This document shows, piece by piece, positions 1 to 10,601 of a stretch of 64,000 nt of DNA. The DNA is taken from the IMG/VR virus record IMGVR_UViG_3300045988_183972; one strand, given 5' to 3'. The DNA comes from a virus. The notes under the pieces are model-generated. The model was given only the letters and a program-made list of their open reading frames with translations. It did not search any database and was not told the origin of the DNA. Within the stretch, counting starts at the first letter, position 1. Every line of letters starts with the position of its first letter. The translations under genes and the position numbers were made by a program.

Positions 1-108
1 ATCTTAGCTTTAGGTGGACAATTAATTGTAATGTGTGGTTTAGGTGTAGCAATGGTAAGTGTAATGTTTAAGAGTATTGGTATTGTAAATGATGCTTTTG
101 GTGGTTAA
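1..108 (+). CDS. 3' end of an upstream gene (partial); hydrophobic C-terminus, probably a membrane protein of the conjugation cluster
   Basis: Open frame from window edge to TAA at 106-108; translation ILALGGQLIVMCGLGVAMVSVMF... is hydrophobic. Confidence 0.3.
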   Translation: MLALGGQLIVMCGLGVAMVSVMFKSIGIVNDAFGG

Positions 109-125
109 TTATAGATAATAAAAAA

Positions 126-350
126 ATGGAGGAAATAAAGAAAATGGATAAAGACCTTCGTAAAGATAAAGATATTTTAGTGTGTAAGATAACTAAAGAT
201 ATATTAAATAAAAATATTTGTACTTTTGATGATTTAGTTTTAGATGTTTCTAAAATATATGGAGATGAAGGTATTAATATTGTTGCAATGAAGACAACAT
301 ATTTTAAAGAATTAATAGATAGTAATTTTTCTAAGAAGATTACAAAATAG
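126..350 (+). CDS. hypothetical small protein (74 aa)
   Basis: ORF with AGGA-like RBS upstream; no recognisable motifs. Confidence 0.35.
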   Translation: MEEIKKMDKDLRKDKDILVCKITKDILNKNICTFDDLVLDVSKIYGDEGINIVAMKTTYFKELIDSNFSKKITK

Positions 351-361
351 GGGAGTTTGTT

Positions 362-751
362 ATGATTGGTATTCCTATAACACAAGACATTTTAAAATAT
401 GAAGCTAAATTTGCTCTTAATCTAACAACAAGAAAATGTATTTTTTATGGATTAGGAGCTACAGCTGTATTAACAAGTCTCTTTTTATTATTTAAAGATT
501 TTAGTTTTACATTTAGAGCGTGTGCTTCTATTTGTATAGGAATTCCTTTATTTCTTTGGGGTGCAGTAAAACCTTTTGGTGTTAACCCAGAAAAGATTAT
601 AAGCCCTATAATTTTTGATAATTTTATTGCACCTTCTGTACGAATTAAAGAAATCCATATGACAGTATATGATGATAAGAAAAAAATAGTAAAAGAAACA
701 AAAAAGAAAAATAGAGCAAAAATAAGTAAAGAGTATAAACCTATATATTAA
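362..751 (+). CDS. small two-TM membrane protein, TcpE / Tn916-ORF17-like (VirB3 analogue) preceding the VirB4 ATPase
   Basis: Two hydrophobic segments (CIFYGLGATAVLTSLFLLF; ICIGIPLFLWGAVKPF), size and position immediately upstream of VirB4-like gene as in Tn916/pCW3-type transfer loci. Confidence 0.4.
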   Translation: MIGIPITQDILKYEAKFALNLTTRKCIFYGLGATAVLTSLFLLFKDFSFTFRACASICIGIPLFLWGAVKPFGVNPEKIISPIIFDNFIAPSVRIKEIHMTVYDDKKKIVKETKKKNRAKISKEYKPIY

Positions 752-771
752 TATTACGAAAGGATATATTT

Positions 772-3240
772 ATGGGATTTGGTAAAAAAAATAAAAATAA
801 TATAAATACTGTTGATAATGAACAGAATAAAAATAAAAAGAAAACTAATAAAAAGAAGATTAAAATACCTAAAACAGTTCAAGATACTTTAGATTGGGAA
901 TGTGTTTTTGAAAATGGTGTTTTTCAAATAGGTCCTAAAAGATTTTCTAAAACTTTTTATTTTGAAGATATTGCTTTTAAAACAAAATCTGATGAAGACC
1001 AGATGGCTATTTATCAGGCATATTTAAGATTTCTTAATTCTATAAATCCTGATGAAGATTTATTTATTACTTTTGTTAATTATAAAGATGATGAAAATGC
1101 TAAGTTAGCGGCAATCCTTCCTATAAATAAAGATGATGGCTTTAATAATTATAGAAAAGAATTAGGAACTATTTTAAGAAATAATATTAAATTAAGTAGA
1201 AATGCTATATCTACAAAAAGATATATTACTGTTTATGTAAATGCAGATACAGTTGATAATGCAATGTTGAGACTAAATGAATTAGAAACAACTTTAGAAA
1301 ATGCTTTTAAAAAAATATGTGGTGCAAAATTAACAGCCATATCTTTAGAAGAAAGATTAGAAGTTATTAATAATATTTTAAATGGCACAGATGAAGCAAA
1401 CTATTGGTTTGTACACGATAAAACAGGAAAAACAACTATAGATTTTAAAGAAATGGCAAGACAAAAGCTTACTACTAAAGATATTATAGCTCCTCAGTCT
1501 ATGAAATTTTATAGTAATCGTTTTGAAATTAATGAAAGAATAGGACAGGGAATGTATCTTGATAATTTAGCAAACTGGATGGATACTAATTTTTTACCTA
1601 GTCTGATAGCTGTTAATTTTGAGTCAGTTTTTACTATTCATATATCTGCATTAGAGCAGACAGAAGCAATAAAGAAGGTACATAATAAATCTATTAATAT
1701 AAATGCTGAAATAGAAGATAAAATGGATGCAAGAGCAGCAAAAGGCAAAGACCCTACTTTTATTAATGCAGATTTAAGAAAAGCACAGGCTGAAATAGAA
1801 GATTTACAAAATGATATTCAAAACAGAGACCAGAAATATTTCTTTATGGATATGTCTATTATTCATTTTGCAGAAAATAAGCAGATTTTAAAAGAACAAG
1901 AAAAAATAATAAAAAATAGTGCAAATAAATATATGTGTTCGATAAAACCAGCTTTAGAACAGCAGGAAAGATGTCTTATTAGTACATTACCTTTGGGTCA
2001 TAACAAAATGTTCCAGACAAGAGGTCTTACTACAGAAAATTTAGGAGTTTTCTTACCTTTCGATGAGATAAACCAGTTTGATGTTAATGGTATTTATTAT
2101 GGAGTAAATGCTATTAATAAATCTTTAATAGTTTATGACAGAACAAAAGGTATGAACTATAATGGTTTAATTTTTGGTGCTTCTGGTTCTGGTAAATCTT
2201 TTAGTGCTAAACGTGAAATAACAAGTGTTCTTCTTAATAAAAATGCAAATTGTTATATCATAGACCCAGATGATGAATATACACCTATTGCAGATGCATT
2301 TGGTGGAACTATAATTAAAATATCACCTGGTAATGGTGTTTATATAAATCCCTTCGATTTAGATATAGATACATCTGCTGATAGTGATTTAAACCCTATT
2401 ACTATGAAGATAGATTTTATTTGTGGTTTGCTGGAAACAATGATAGGAAATAATGCTAAATTATCTCCAACACAAATTTCTATTGTTACTAGATGTGTAC
2501 AACAGATATATAGACCTTATTTAGAGCATTTACAGGAACTCCCTCCAGACGAAAATGGTAGAAAACGTACTATAGATAGAGATTATTGTCCTACAATGCA
2601 GAATTTATTTGATGCTTTAATTAACCAGCCTCAATCAGAAGCTCAAAACCTTGCCTTAATTATGGAAACATATACAGCAGGAGCATTTGATACATTTGCT
2701 CATAGAACAAATGTAGATATAGATAATAAGTTTATTATTTTTAATATATCTAACATTGGTACAAACTTAAAAGAATTAGGTCTTAAAATTTGTGTAAACC
2801 ACGTCTGGAATAAAATGGTAGAAAACAGAAGAAATAAGAAATGGACTTGGTTTTATATAGATGAATTCCATTTACTTCTTAAGAGCCATTCGACATCAGA
2901 TTTCATAATGTCTATTTTTAAGAGAGCTAGAAAGTTCTTAGGAGTTACTACAGGTATTACGCAAAATGTTGGAGATTTACTTAGAACAGAAGATGGACAA
3001 GCTATTATTAATAATACATCTTTCATTTATATGTTAAATCAATCAGCAATGGATAGATATGATTTACAAAAATTATTAAAACTGTCTGATGGAGATGTTG
3101 AATATGTTACAAATGTAGAACAAGGTCACGGTCTTATTTATACAGGAACACAGACAATACCATTTTCTGATGATTTCCCAGAAGATACTAAGTTATATGA
3201 TATTATGACAACTAAACCTAAACAAGAGGAAGTTGCGTAA
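772..3240 (+). CDS. conjugative transfer ATPase, VirB4 / TcpF / Tn916-ORF16 family
   Basis: 822 aa; Walker A GASGSGKSFSAK, Walker B-like WFYIDEFHLL; size and architecture typical of Gram-positive VirB4 homologues; good RBS (AAAGGA). Confidence 0.8.
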   Translation: MGFGKKNKNNINTVDNEQNKNKKKTNKKKIKIPKTVQDTLDWECVFENGVFQIGPKRFSKTFYFEDIAFKTKSDEDQMAIYQAYLRFLNSINPDEDLFITFVNYKDDENAKLAAILPINKDDGFNNYRKELGTILRNNIKLSRNAISTKRYITVYVNADTVDNAMLRLNELETTLENAFKKICGAKLTAISLEERLEVINNILNGTDEANYWFVHDKTGKTTIDFKEMARQKLTTKDIIAPQSMKFYSNRFEINERIGQGMYLDNLANWMDTNFLPSLIAVNFESVFTIHISALEQTEAIKKVHNKSININAEIEDKMDARAAKGKDPTFINADLRKAQAEIEDLQNDIQNRDQKYFFMDMSIIHFAENKQILKEQEKIIKNSANKYMCSIKPALEQQERCLISTLPLGHNKMFQTRGLTTENLGVFLPFDEINQFDVNGIYYGVNAINKSLIVYDRTKGMNYNGLIFGASGSGKSFSAKREITSVLLNKNANCYIIDPDDEYTPIADAFGGTIIKISPGNGVYINPFDLDIDTSADSDLNPITMKIDFICGLLETMIGNNAKLSPTQISIVTRCVQQIYRPYLEHLQELPPDENGRKRTIDRDYCPTMQNLFDALINQPQSEAQNLALIMETYTAGAFDTFAHRTNVDIDNKFIIFNISNIGTNLKELGLKICVNHVWNKMVENRRNKKWTWFYIDEFHLLLKSHSTSDFIMSIFKRARKFLGVTTGITQNVGDLLRTEDGQAIINNTSFIYMLNQSAMDRYDLQKLLKLSDGDVEYVTNVEQGHGLIYTGTQTIPFSDDFPEDTKLYDIMTTKPKQEEVA

Positions 3241-3266
3241 TTATAAAATTATATATTTGTTTTAAA

Positions 3267-3300
3267 GATTGTCACATTAAGGAATTAGTGTGACATCTTT
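3267..3300 (+). terminator. hairpin terminator after VirB4-like gene
   Basis: Inverted repeat tgtcacat...tgtgaca followed by T-run tcttttttt. Confidence 0.45.
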
Positions 3301-3388
3301 TTTTATAGAATAAACATTTATTTACAATTAATAAAAAAATAATAGGACATTATTCTATATATATAGTTTTTTTTGAAAGGAAGTTTTT

Positions 3389-4198
3389 ATGGAAAATTGG
3401 AATAAATATTTTAATGAAAATACAGATGATGATAACAATATTGCAAGCAATGTTTATGCAAATAATGTTTCAGAAAACAATGTTACAAATGATTATGAAC
3501 TTGAAGATAATTTAGAAATAAATCAAAATAATGATAATATAGATGATAATGAGTTAAATAAATATTTAGAAAATGAGAATGATAATTTTAGTTTAACAGT
3601 AAGTGAGTATAAAACATTTTGTGACAGATTATCTGGATTTAATGAAATAGATGAAACTAAAGCAGCTATAACATATCAGTCTTATAATATAAATCCACAA
3701 GATGTTAATAAAAATACAACAAATGATATTGTATATAATTTAAATAATGCTGTAGCTGAAATTGCTTATGATGAGTTACATCCAGATTTAGCAGTATTAT
3801 CTATTAAGTTTAAAAGTTTTGATGACCCAGAACTTAGACTTTTCTGGTCAAGAATACAAAAATGGAGAACTTCTTTAAGTAGACCACAAGATAATGATGA
3901 AATTCCTGTTTTTGTTATTACTCTTATAGAAAAAGATAGTGTAAATTCTGTAAAAGATAAAGAGCATTATACAATATTATCTGCAAATATTGTAAATCCC
4001 TTAATTTGTTATATCACAAGGGAAATTCCTACAATTTCTGCTGAAAATATAATTAATGAGCGTGATGAAATTATGGGAGGAAATGTTATAAAAATGCTTT
4101 TAGCTACAGATTTTTTAACATTTGAAGTAAGAGATGATATTGATATTACAAATATAAAAGCAGAGGTTTTAAGAGAAAATGAAGAAGAAGCTTTATAG
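3389..4198 (+). CDS. hypothetical protein with Asn/Asp/Glu-rich N-terminus
   Basis: 269-aa ORF with GAAAGGAAG RBS; low-complexity acidic N-terminal third; no catalytic motifs seen. Confidence 0.4.
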   Translation: MENWNKYFNENTDDDNNIASNVYANNVSENNVTNDYELEDNLEINQNNDNIDDNELNKYLENENDNFSLTVSEYKTFCDRLSGFNEIDETKAAITYQSYNINPQDVNKNTTNDIVYNLNNAVAEIAYDELHPDLAVLSIKFKSFDDPELRLFWSRIQKWRTSLSRPQDNDEIPVFVITLIEKDSVNSVKDKEHYTILSANIVNPLICYITREIPTISAENIINERDEIMGGNVIKMLLATDFLTFEVRDDIDITNIKAEVLRENEEEAL

Positions 4199-4227
4199 TT
4201 TTCTTTTTAAAAATATAGGAGAAAGTA

Positions 4228-7200
4228 ATGAATAGTAAAGCAAATAATAGTAGTAATAATACAAAAAATCAGACACGGCAGCAAAAAACTACTAATCAGA
4301 ATAATACATCAAAATCATCAAATAACAGTAATAATAGTAAACCATCTGCATCACAGATACCAAATAATGAAACAAAGACTTCAACTTCGTCTACAACAAA
4401 TTATAATACAAGACAGGCTGTAAACACTATTGGCAGAGATATTTATAATTTAACAGATGGACGAATAAAATTAGGTTCATTTCAAGAAGGTGGAGGACGT
4501 GCTGGAGCTAGACAGGCTTTAGCTGAAACTGTATATAATTATACAACACAAGGTACAAGAGATAGAGAAAACAATTCCTTTTTTGATAATAAAATGAGGT
4601 TTAATAAAACAATAGCAGTTATGTCTGCTGTTGGTCATACAGCTAAAGAGAATGCTGTTATAAATACATATAATAATATTGATTGGAATAGTTCTAAAAT
4701 ACAGACCCAAATGACAAAAATGGGTATCCTTTCTAATAACAGCCAGCAATACCTTAATAGCTTTTTAAGTTCTAATACTGTAGTTGTTCCTAATAATGAA
4801 ATAAAGAATGTAAATGAAGACAAAATTACATTAGGTGATTTAAAATTAAATAATTCACAAAAGGCTAGTTTAATAAATACAGGTAAGTTTACTTTTGAAG
4901 GACAAGAATATCATATAAAAGATAAAGAGTTGTCAGAAGTAAGAAAAGCCTATAATGCGGCAAAAATAGAAATAAAAAATAATAATAATATTACTAAAGC
5001 TCTTACAGGTAAAGATAAAGAATTAGTAATGCAGCAGATAAAAAGCAAACAGACAGATTATCTTAAAAAAATTAGTGTTACAGGTGGATTTAATGGTAGT
5101 TTAGCTTCTACTAAGAAAGAAATTAAAGCTATAGATGATAAATTAGAGATATTAGAATGTAAATTAAAATCTGCTAATAATGCAACAGACTTACATAACT
5201 TTAAAAGCCAGATTGCGGAATTAAAAGATTATAAAGAGTCATTTATGTTATATAAAGAAACAGGAGCTATAACAGAAGACTTTGATAGAGGTGCTGGAAG
5301 AAAAAAATATGGCCGTTCTATAATTGCTCAAAATATCATTGGCAGTGATATGTATAGAGGAACTAAATTTATTCAAAATAGTAGTAAAGCTATTATTAGT
5401 GGTGCAAGATTAACAATTAAGACAACAACAAAGGCTAGTGCTGGATTGGTTAGTGCAGCAACATATATTCCAAGAAAAACAAGTCCAAATTCTAAAGCAG
5501 GAATAATAAGCAATAATATTAATAATAATGCACAAAGATATAAGAATAATATTAACGATAAGATAAGACATAAGACAAAAGAAGAAAAAAAAGCTCAGGC
5601 AAAAGAAAAAAAAGTTACTCATAAAGCAGAAGCTTTAGAAAAAAGAGAGAAAAGACTTGAAAGAACAGAAGCTAGAATTAATATTTTAAAAACAGGTAAA
5701 TTAACTGATGCAGAAGAAAAAAGACTTCAAAAATTAACAGAAAAGATAGATAGTAAAAAAATAGTATCTAATAAAGAATTAAACGAATATACTGAGTTAT
5801 TAAATAAAAAAGAAAAAGGTATTTTAACAAGAAAAGACCAGAAAGCTTTAACAAAACAGCAAAAAGTTTATAAAGCAAGAACAACGATATATAGTACACC
5901 AGATAAAGTAAAAGAAACAGTAAAAGATGGTTTAAAAAAATCTAAAGATGCTGTTGTAAAAAAGGTAAAAACAACAAAGGCATATAATAAATATACACAG
6001 TTTAAAAATGGCAAATTCTATGGAAATGCGATGAAAGTAAAAGGAAAGGTAAGAAATAGTAAGATTGGAAAAGCAGGTAAAGATATAAGATATACTATTT
6101 TACATCCTTTTAAAACTGTAAAAAAAATAAAAGATATGATTATAGATAAGCCATTAATGTTCATTAAAAAGTATTTATTAAAAATTCTTGGAACTATTAT
6201 AGCTTTATATCTTTTATTAATAGGTTTTGCTTTTGTTATGTTATTACCTATATTAGGTATAGGTTCATTTTTTGACTCATTACCATCATCAACAATTTCT
6301 AATGAATTAGCACAAATAAATTATGTTCAATTAATTGTAAATGATACAGCTAATAATTTAGGTAAAGAACTTACAAAAACAGCAATAAAAGATGCAGAAA
6401 CTCATTTTATATCGGAAAATGGAGCAGTTTCTTCTACAAAATATGATTGGAAGAAGAGTGTATCAGAAGGAAGTATAAAGCATATATGGGCTACAGAAGA
6501 TTTAAATAAAGATGTCTGGGATAGAACAGAACTTGCAGGAGTATCTGCTAATCTTTTACCTATTACAAGTATGATGCATTATAGATATAATCAATCAATT
6601 GATTTTGATAATTATTTAACTGCAAAAGCATATATATATTATATGTATGTAAGGTCACACGATACAGCCGCAGATGAAAATGGCAATATATATAGTTATG
6701 ATACATTAGCAGATTGTTCAAACGATAGCTTATATGTAACAAAACCTACATATGATATTGATAATAGTAAAGTAACAAGAGGCGTGGAAAGCTGTACTAA
6801 TGTATATGTACACGGATATTCTTCCGATTATAATAAAGCTATTAACAAAGCAAGGGCTGAATTAGGTGATTTCTTAAATATGGTACAAAGTGCTTTAGGT
6901 ATAGGACATCCAGATGGAACTAATGAAGACAATGGTGTATTTATTGATAAAAAACCTTATGATAGTAAAGGTGAATGTGATAATTATGAAGCATTTCAAG
7001 CTGGTGTAGGAAATAATTATACTAATTGTGGAAAAGAAGAACACGACCATAATAAAGAAGGTTGTAGCAAAGCTTGGTATAATGGTGATGATATATGTAC
7101 TATTGAGGAACATATACATAATGACGACTGTTATATTCATCATAAGACATTTTTAGGTTATGATAATTGTGAATTTGGTGATATACACGAAGAAACAGAT

Positions 7201-8673
7201 AGCTGTTATGAACTTCAATTTTTACCACAGAAAACAAGAGTTTATTTTAATGAATGTTCACATAGTATCTTAATAGATATTAATGATTACAAGGAAAATG
7301 ATGAATATTATTGTGAAGAATGTGAACAGTATAGAACAGAAAACCGACATTTTGATGGTTATTTTGAGTGGGTAAATGTTCAAGTATGTAATGGACATCA
7401 CGAACACAATGAAAATTGTGCTAAATATGATGAATATACTGAATTAATATGTACAAAAGAAGAGCATAGTCACGAAGCTAATGGAGAAACCTTAAATTGG
7501 ACTTGTGGTAAAGAAGGTCATATACATAATGCTTGGCATTCAGAAAATGACCCAGGCTGTTATAAGACAGCTTACATTTGTATGGGTCATTGTGGAGGAC
7601 ATATATCTCCAACAATAAATATATCACAGGATATGAGCTATACTACATTAAGCAAGTTAGATAATTTTAAAACACCTAGATTAATCACACAATCTGATTT
7701 TTCTCTTTGTCAGATAAAAGAGACATATAAAACTATAGATGCTTGGCAAAATCATTGGATAACAACATTTAATAATTGGTATTATTTTCCACTTAGAGGA
7801 CCAATACAATCTATAGAATGGAAAGCTAAAAAACTTACACAAGGCACTTTAACTTTTGCTAATTGGGCTGTAGGTAAAATAAATGGTTCAGAAATATCTT
7901 ATAAAGATGATGATAAATATAAGATGGAAGGCTATGATTTGTTTGAATTTGAAGGCTGGACAGAAGAACAGAATGGTGATTGGGTAATTAAACAAGAAGT
8001 ACTAGAAGATTTAAAAATATTGTATGGTGATTATTATGATGATAAATACGCAATGGGTATACAAAATTGGGATGCTTTTCAAGTAAGCTTTCCTTCAGCA
8101 GTTAATGAAAGTCTTAGCAGTACACAAATAGATGATACTTTAACTAAGATAAAGAAAGAAAATTCATTAACTCCAAAACAAGAAGCTATAATAAAAGAAG
8201 GATTAAATGCAGTTGGAAATTATTATTATTCTGAAAGCAAAAACAGTCCTAATGCACATCTTAATGCTGTGTATGGCAGAAAGATTGATGGACAGGATAC
8301 TTATAATGGACCAGCAGATGCATCAGGATTTTTAATAGGTATAATCAGAAGAGGAATAATTTCTGTTAATGGTTATAATGGCTTAATAGATGAAAATACA
8401 GATTTTTATGGACAAGGATTTGTTACTACAGATTATAAAGTAGGAGATATATTAAGTAGTGCTGATGGCAAATGTGCTATGTATTTAGGAGCATTGGAGA
8501 AAGGAATAGATAATTATTCTGTTTTAACAATGAAATCACATAGTAGTAGTGATAAACAAAATAAAACAGGTTTTTATGTTTTAGAGTGTTCTAAAGATTA
8601 TGGTGGAGTTGTTGTTAGAAAAGTAACAAAAAGTGAATTAGAAGCATCGTACACACATTGTTATAGAATTTAA
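4228..8673 (+). CDS. large (1481 aa) conjugation-associated protein: low-complexity/coiled-coil N-half, hydrophobic membrane hairpin, Cys/His-repeat region, C-terminal NlpC/P60-like (possibly catalytically degenerate) domain
   Basis: RBS AGGAGAAAG; hydrophobic segment KYLLKILGTIIALYLLLIGFAFVMLLPILGIGSFF (nt ~6170-6270); repeated C-x-K-E-E-H-x-H motifs (nt 6977-7610); C-terminal GPADASGFLIG...VGDILSSADGKCAMYLGA resembles the NlpC/P60 DCSGF...GDLxF..H.GIY.G core with Cys->Ala and His->Cys at the expected positions. Confidence 0.6.
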   Translation: MNSKANNSSNNTKNQTRQQKTTNQNNTSKSSNNSNNSKPSASQIPNNETKTSTSSTTNYNTRQAVNTIGRDIYNLTDGRIKLGSFQEGGGRAGARQALAETVYNYTTQGTRDRENNSFFDNKMRFNKTIAVMSAVGHTAKENAVINTYNNIDWNSSKIQTQMTKMGILSNNSQQYLNSFLSSNTVVVPNNEIKNVNEDKITLGDLKLNNSQKASLINTGKFTFEGQEYHIKDKELSEVRKAYNAAKIEIKNNNNITKALTGKDKELVMQQIKSKQTDYLKKISVTGGFNGSLASTKKEIKAIDDKLEILECKLKSANNATDLHNFKSQIAELKDYKESFMLYKETGAITEDFDRGAGRKKYGRSIIAQNIIGSDMYRGTKFIQNSSKAIISGARLTIKTTTKASAGLVSAATYIPRKTSPNSKAGIISNNINNNAQRYKNNINDKIRHKTKEEKKAQAKEKKVTHKAEALEKREKRLERTEARINILKTGKLTDAEEKRLQKLTEKIDSKKIVSNKELNEYTELLNKKEKGILTRKDQKALTKQQKVYKARTTIYSTPDKVKETVKDGLKKSKDAVVKKVKTTKAYNKYTQFKNGKFYGNAMKVKGKVRNSKIGKAGKDIRYTILHPFKTVKKIKDMIIDKPLMFIKKYLLKILGTIIALYLLLIGFAFVMLLPILGIGSFFDSLPSSTISNELAQINYVQLIVNDTANNLGKELTKTAIKDAETHFISENGAVSSTKYDWKKSVSEGSIKHIWATEDLNKDVWDRTELAGVSANLLPITSMMHYRYNQSIDFDNYLTAKAYIYYMYVRSHDTAADENGNIYSYDTLADCSNDSLYVTKPTYDIDNSKVTRGVESCTNVYVHGYSSDYNKAINKARAELGDFLNMVQSALGIGHPDGTNEDNGVFIDKKPYDSKGECDNYEAFQAGVGNNYTNCGKEEHDHNKEGCSKAWYNGDDICTIEEHIHNDDCYIHHKTFLGYDNCEFGDIHEETDSCYELQFLPQKTRVYFNECSHSILIDINDYKENDEYYCEECEQYRTENRHFDGYFEWVNVQVCNGHHEHNENCAKYDEYTELICTKEEHSHEANGETLNWTCGKEGHIHNAWHSENDPGCYKTAYICMGHCGGHISPTINISQDMSYTTLSKLDNFKTPRLITQSDFSLCQIKETYKTIDAWQNHWITTFNNWYYFPLRGPIQSIEWKAKKLTQGTLTFANWAVGKINGSEISYKDDDKYKMEGYDLFEFEGWTEEQNGDWVIKQEVLEDLKILYGDYYDDKYAMGIQNWDAFQVSFPSAVNESLSSTQIDDTLTKIKKENSLTPKQEAIIKEGLNAVGNYYYSESKNSPNAHLNAVYGRKIDGQDTYNGPADASGFLIGIIRRGIISVNGYNGLIDENTDFYGQGFVTTDYKVGDILSSADGKCAMYLGALEKGIDNYSVLTMKSHSSSDKQNKTGFYVLECSKDYGGVVVRKVTKSELEASYTHCYRI

Positions 8674-8685
8674 AATAAATTTTAT

Positions 8686-8728
8686 TTTTAAAGAACCATT
8701 TTTAGTAGAGATACTAAGGTGGTTCTTT
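8686..8728 (+). terminator. hairpin terminator
   Basis: agaaccatttttagtagagatactaaggtggttct inverted repeat followed by tttt. Confidence 0.5.
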
Positions 8729-8894
8729 TCTAATGTTGTTTTTAATAAAAACACTTATATTAAAAAATAAATGGATTTTATATATTTTTAAATCTATATT
8801 TTTACTTTTCTACATTATTATTTTATCTCTTAAAAATATTAAAAATAAACATTTTATTTACAATATTTATAATGTTTATAGAAAGGTAAAAAGA

Positions 8895-10493
8895 ATGAAT
8901 AATGTAGAAATAAAGAAATATGATGCTAAAATCAAGGAAATTGATAAAATAATAAACACATATTCTGAGAGTAAAAATTTAGGTATAAAGTTATACTATG
9001 TTCCTGAAATATATTCAGAAAATAAGATTGATTATATAGCAATAAAATCTAATAATGAGTTTTATAAAATTCCTACGATTAAATACAATGATAATCCATT
9101 GTATTTAATGAATGTAATTACAAGAGATTTATGTAATCTGGACTTATTAGAAGTCTTAACAGATGATAAAGTAATAGATGCAATCAAATCTATTTATAAA
9201 CAGGATATAACATTAAATGAAGCATTAAACAACAAAAAAATTGAAAGATTTATAACTCCTATTAAAGAAAGATTAGATGATGTTTTGGAACATATAACAT
9301 TACCTGCAAGAAGTAATAAGAAAGGTTTTTATGACAGAACAAAATTAGATGCAATAAAAAGATATGTTGCAGAAAATAGTAATTTTAAACCTGTTTATGA
9401 AAACGAATACTGTTTAATTTTTGGGAAAAAGATGCCAAGAAGTGATGAAAATATATTAATAAGCAGTCATTCTGATATTGTAAATACGATAACAAATGTA
9501 AACAGTTCTTATAAGAACGGATTTTATCACGGAACATATGATAATTTAGGTACTAATGCGGCAGCAGTATCTATTATGTGTATGAATGAAAATAACTTAT
9601 CAGATAATGTTTTTTTTGCTTTTACTGCTGAAGAAGAGACAGGTAGATGTTTAGGAGCAAAATCAGCTTATCAATTTATGGAAAGAAATTCAAAATATCC
9701 AACATTATATGTATCTTTAGATGTAACAGATGAAGGATATGATGATAATAGATTATGTTCAATAGAAGGATTACACGCTAACAATGATATTAAAAGTAAA
9801 ATCGCAGATAGTATGATGATAACTGAAGGAGAAGAGCAATCATTCTGTGTTATAAAAGCAAAACATAAAGATAGTTCTCCTTTTAATAAAGATTATATTG
9901 ATGGAAATTATACTGTTTTTGATGAAGGTGTTTATTATGGTCAGACTTTAAACCAAAATGCATTAAGCTTTTGTTTACCTACTGATGGAAGTATGCATAG
10001 TAATACAGGTTTAGATGTTAAAGATAGTATATTTACAGGATATATTTTATCGCTTGATACTTTTATACACCAATACACTAATACTAAAAACTTTGAAATT
10101 GAAGATATAAAAGATTATAAGGATTATCTTGTAAATAAAGCAAAAGAAACAAAGAAAGTCTATGCTTTTGCTAATCTTAATTATAGACCTGATTTTAGTT
10201 ATACGCTAGATGATTATTATGAAGAAGATGAAGATTTATATGCGGATTCTTTTAGTATTGCTGAATTATATGGAATTGATTTAGATGAAAAAGGAAAAAT
10301 ATCTTCAGATGATATACCATATGAATTAGAATCAACATTATCAGAACTTGCAGAAGGATATGGTGCAACTGAAATATATGAATATTTAGCAGATATGGAT
10401 TGTGAGTTTGGGGGAATTATACCTGAAGAAGTTTTAGTTCCGATTTTTAATAAATATCACGAACAGGAAGAGGAATTAGATTATACATCCTAA
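8895..10493 (+). CDS. protein with M20/M28/M42-type zinc metallopeptidase-like domain
   Basis: Start moved to ATG 8895 (RBS GAAAGGTAAAAAG); motifs SSHSDIV (HxD), GTYDNLGTNAAA (bridging Asp), TAEEETG (Glu-Glu) in the order typical of M20/M28/M42 peptidases; acidic C-terminal tail. Confidence 0.4.
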   Translation: MNNVEIKKYDAKIKEIDKIINTYSESKNLGIKLYYVPEIYSENKIDYIAIKSNNEFYKIPTIKYNDNPLYLMNVITRDLCNLDLLEVLTDDKVIDAIKSIYKQDITLNEALNNKKIERFITPIKERLDDVLEHITLPARSNKKGFYDRTKLDAIKRYVAENSNFKPVYENEYCLIFGKKMPRSDENILISSHSDIVNTITNVNSSYKNGFYHGTYDNLGTNAAAVSIMCMNENNLSDNVFFAFTAEEETGRCLGAKSAYQFMERNSKYPTLYVSLDVTDEGYDDNRLCSIEGLHANNDIKSKIADSMMITEGEEQSFCVIKAKHKDSSPFNKDYIDGNYTVFDEGVYYGQTLNQNALSFCLPTDGSMHSNTGLDVKDSIFTGYILSLDTFIHQYTNTKNFEIEDIKDYKDYLVNKAKETKKVYAFANLNYRPDFSYTLDDYYEEDEDLYADSFSIAELYGIDLDEKGKISSDDIPYELESTLSELAEGYGATEIYEYLADMDCEFGGIIPEEVLVPIFNKYHEQEEELDYTS

Positions 10494-10601
10494 TATAATA
10501 AAAAAACAATATATCTTATAAAAAATAATATTTTATAAGATATAAATAAAACACCTTAAATAATTTTAGACACCATTATTATTATTTGAGGTGATTTTTT
10601 T

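Noticed and set aside
68-385. Minus-strand 105-aa ORF overlapping the 126-350 + gene
   Set aside because: Antisense to a + strand gene in a uniformly + strand operon. Low-complexity I/L/F/S-rich translation typical of AT-rich antisense frames. No RBS.
4519-7143. Several minus-strand ORFs (4519-4749, 4635-4823, 5410-5622, 6895-7143) inside the 1481-aa gene
   Set aside because: All lie antisense within a long, well-supported + strand CDS. Translations are low-complexity and hydrophobic, so they are spurious.
8733-8894. Upstream extension of the 8895 gene (MLFLIKTLIL...)
   Set aside because: The extension overlaps the terminator and the AT-rich promoter-like region and lacks an RBS. The internal ATG at 8895 has a good RBS.
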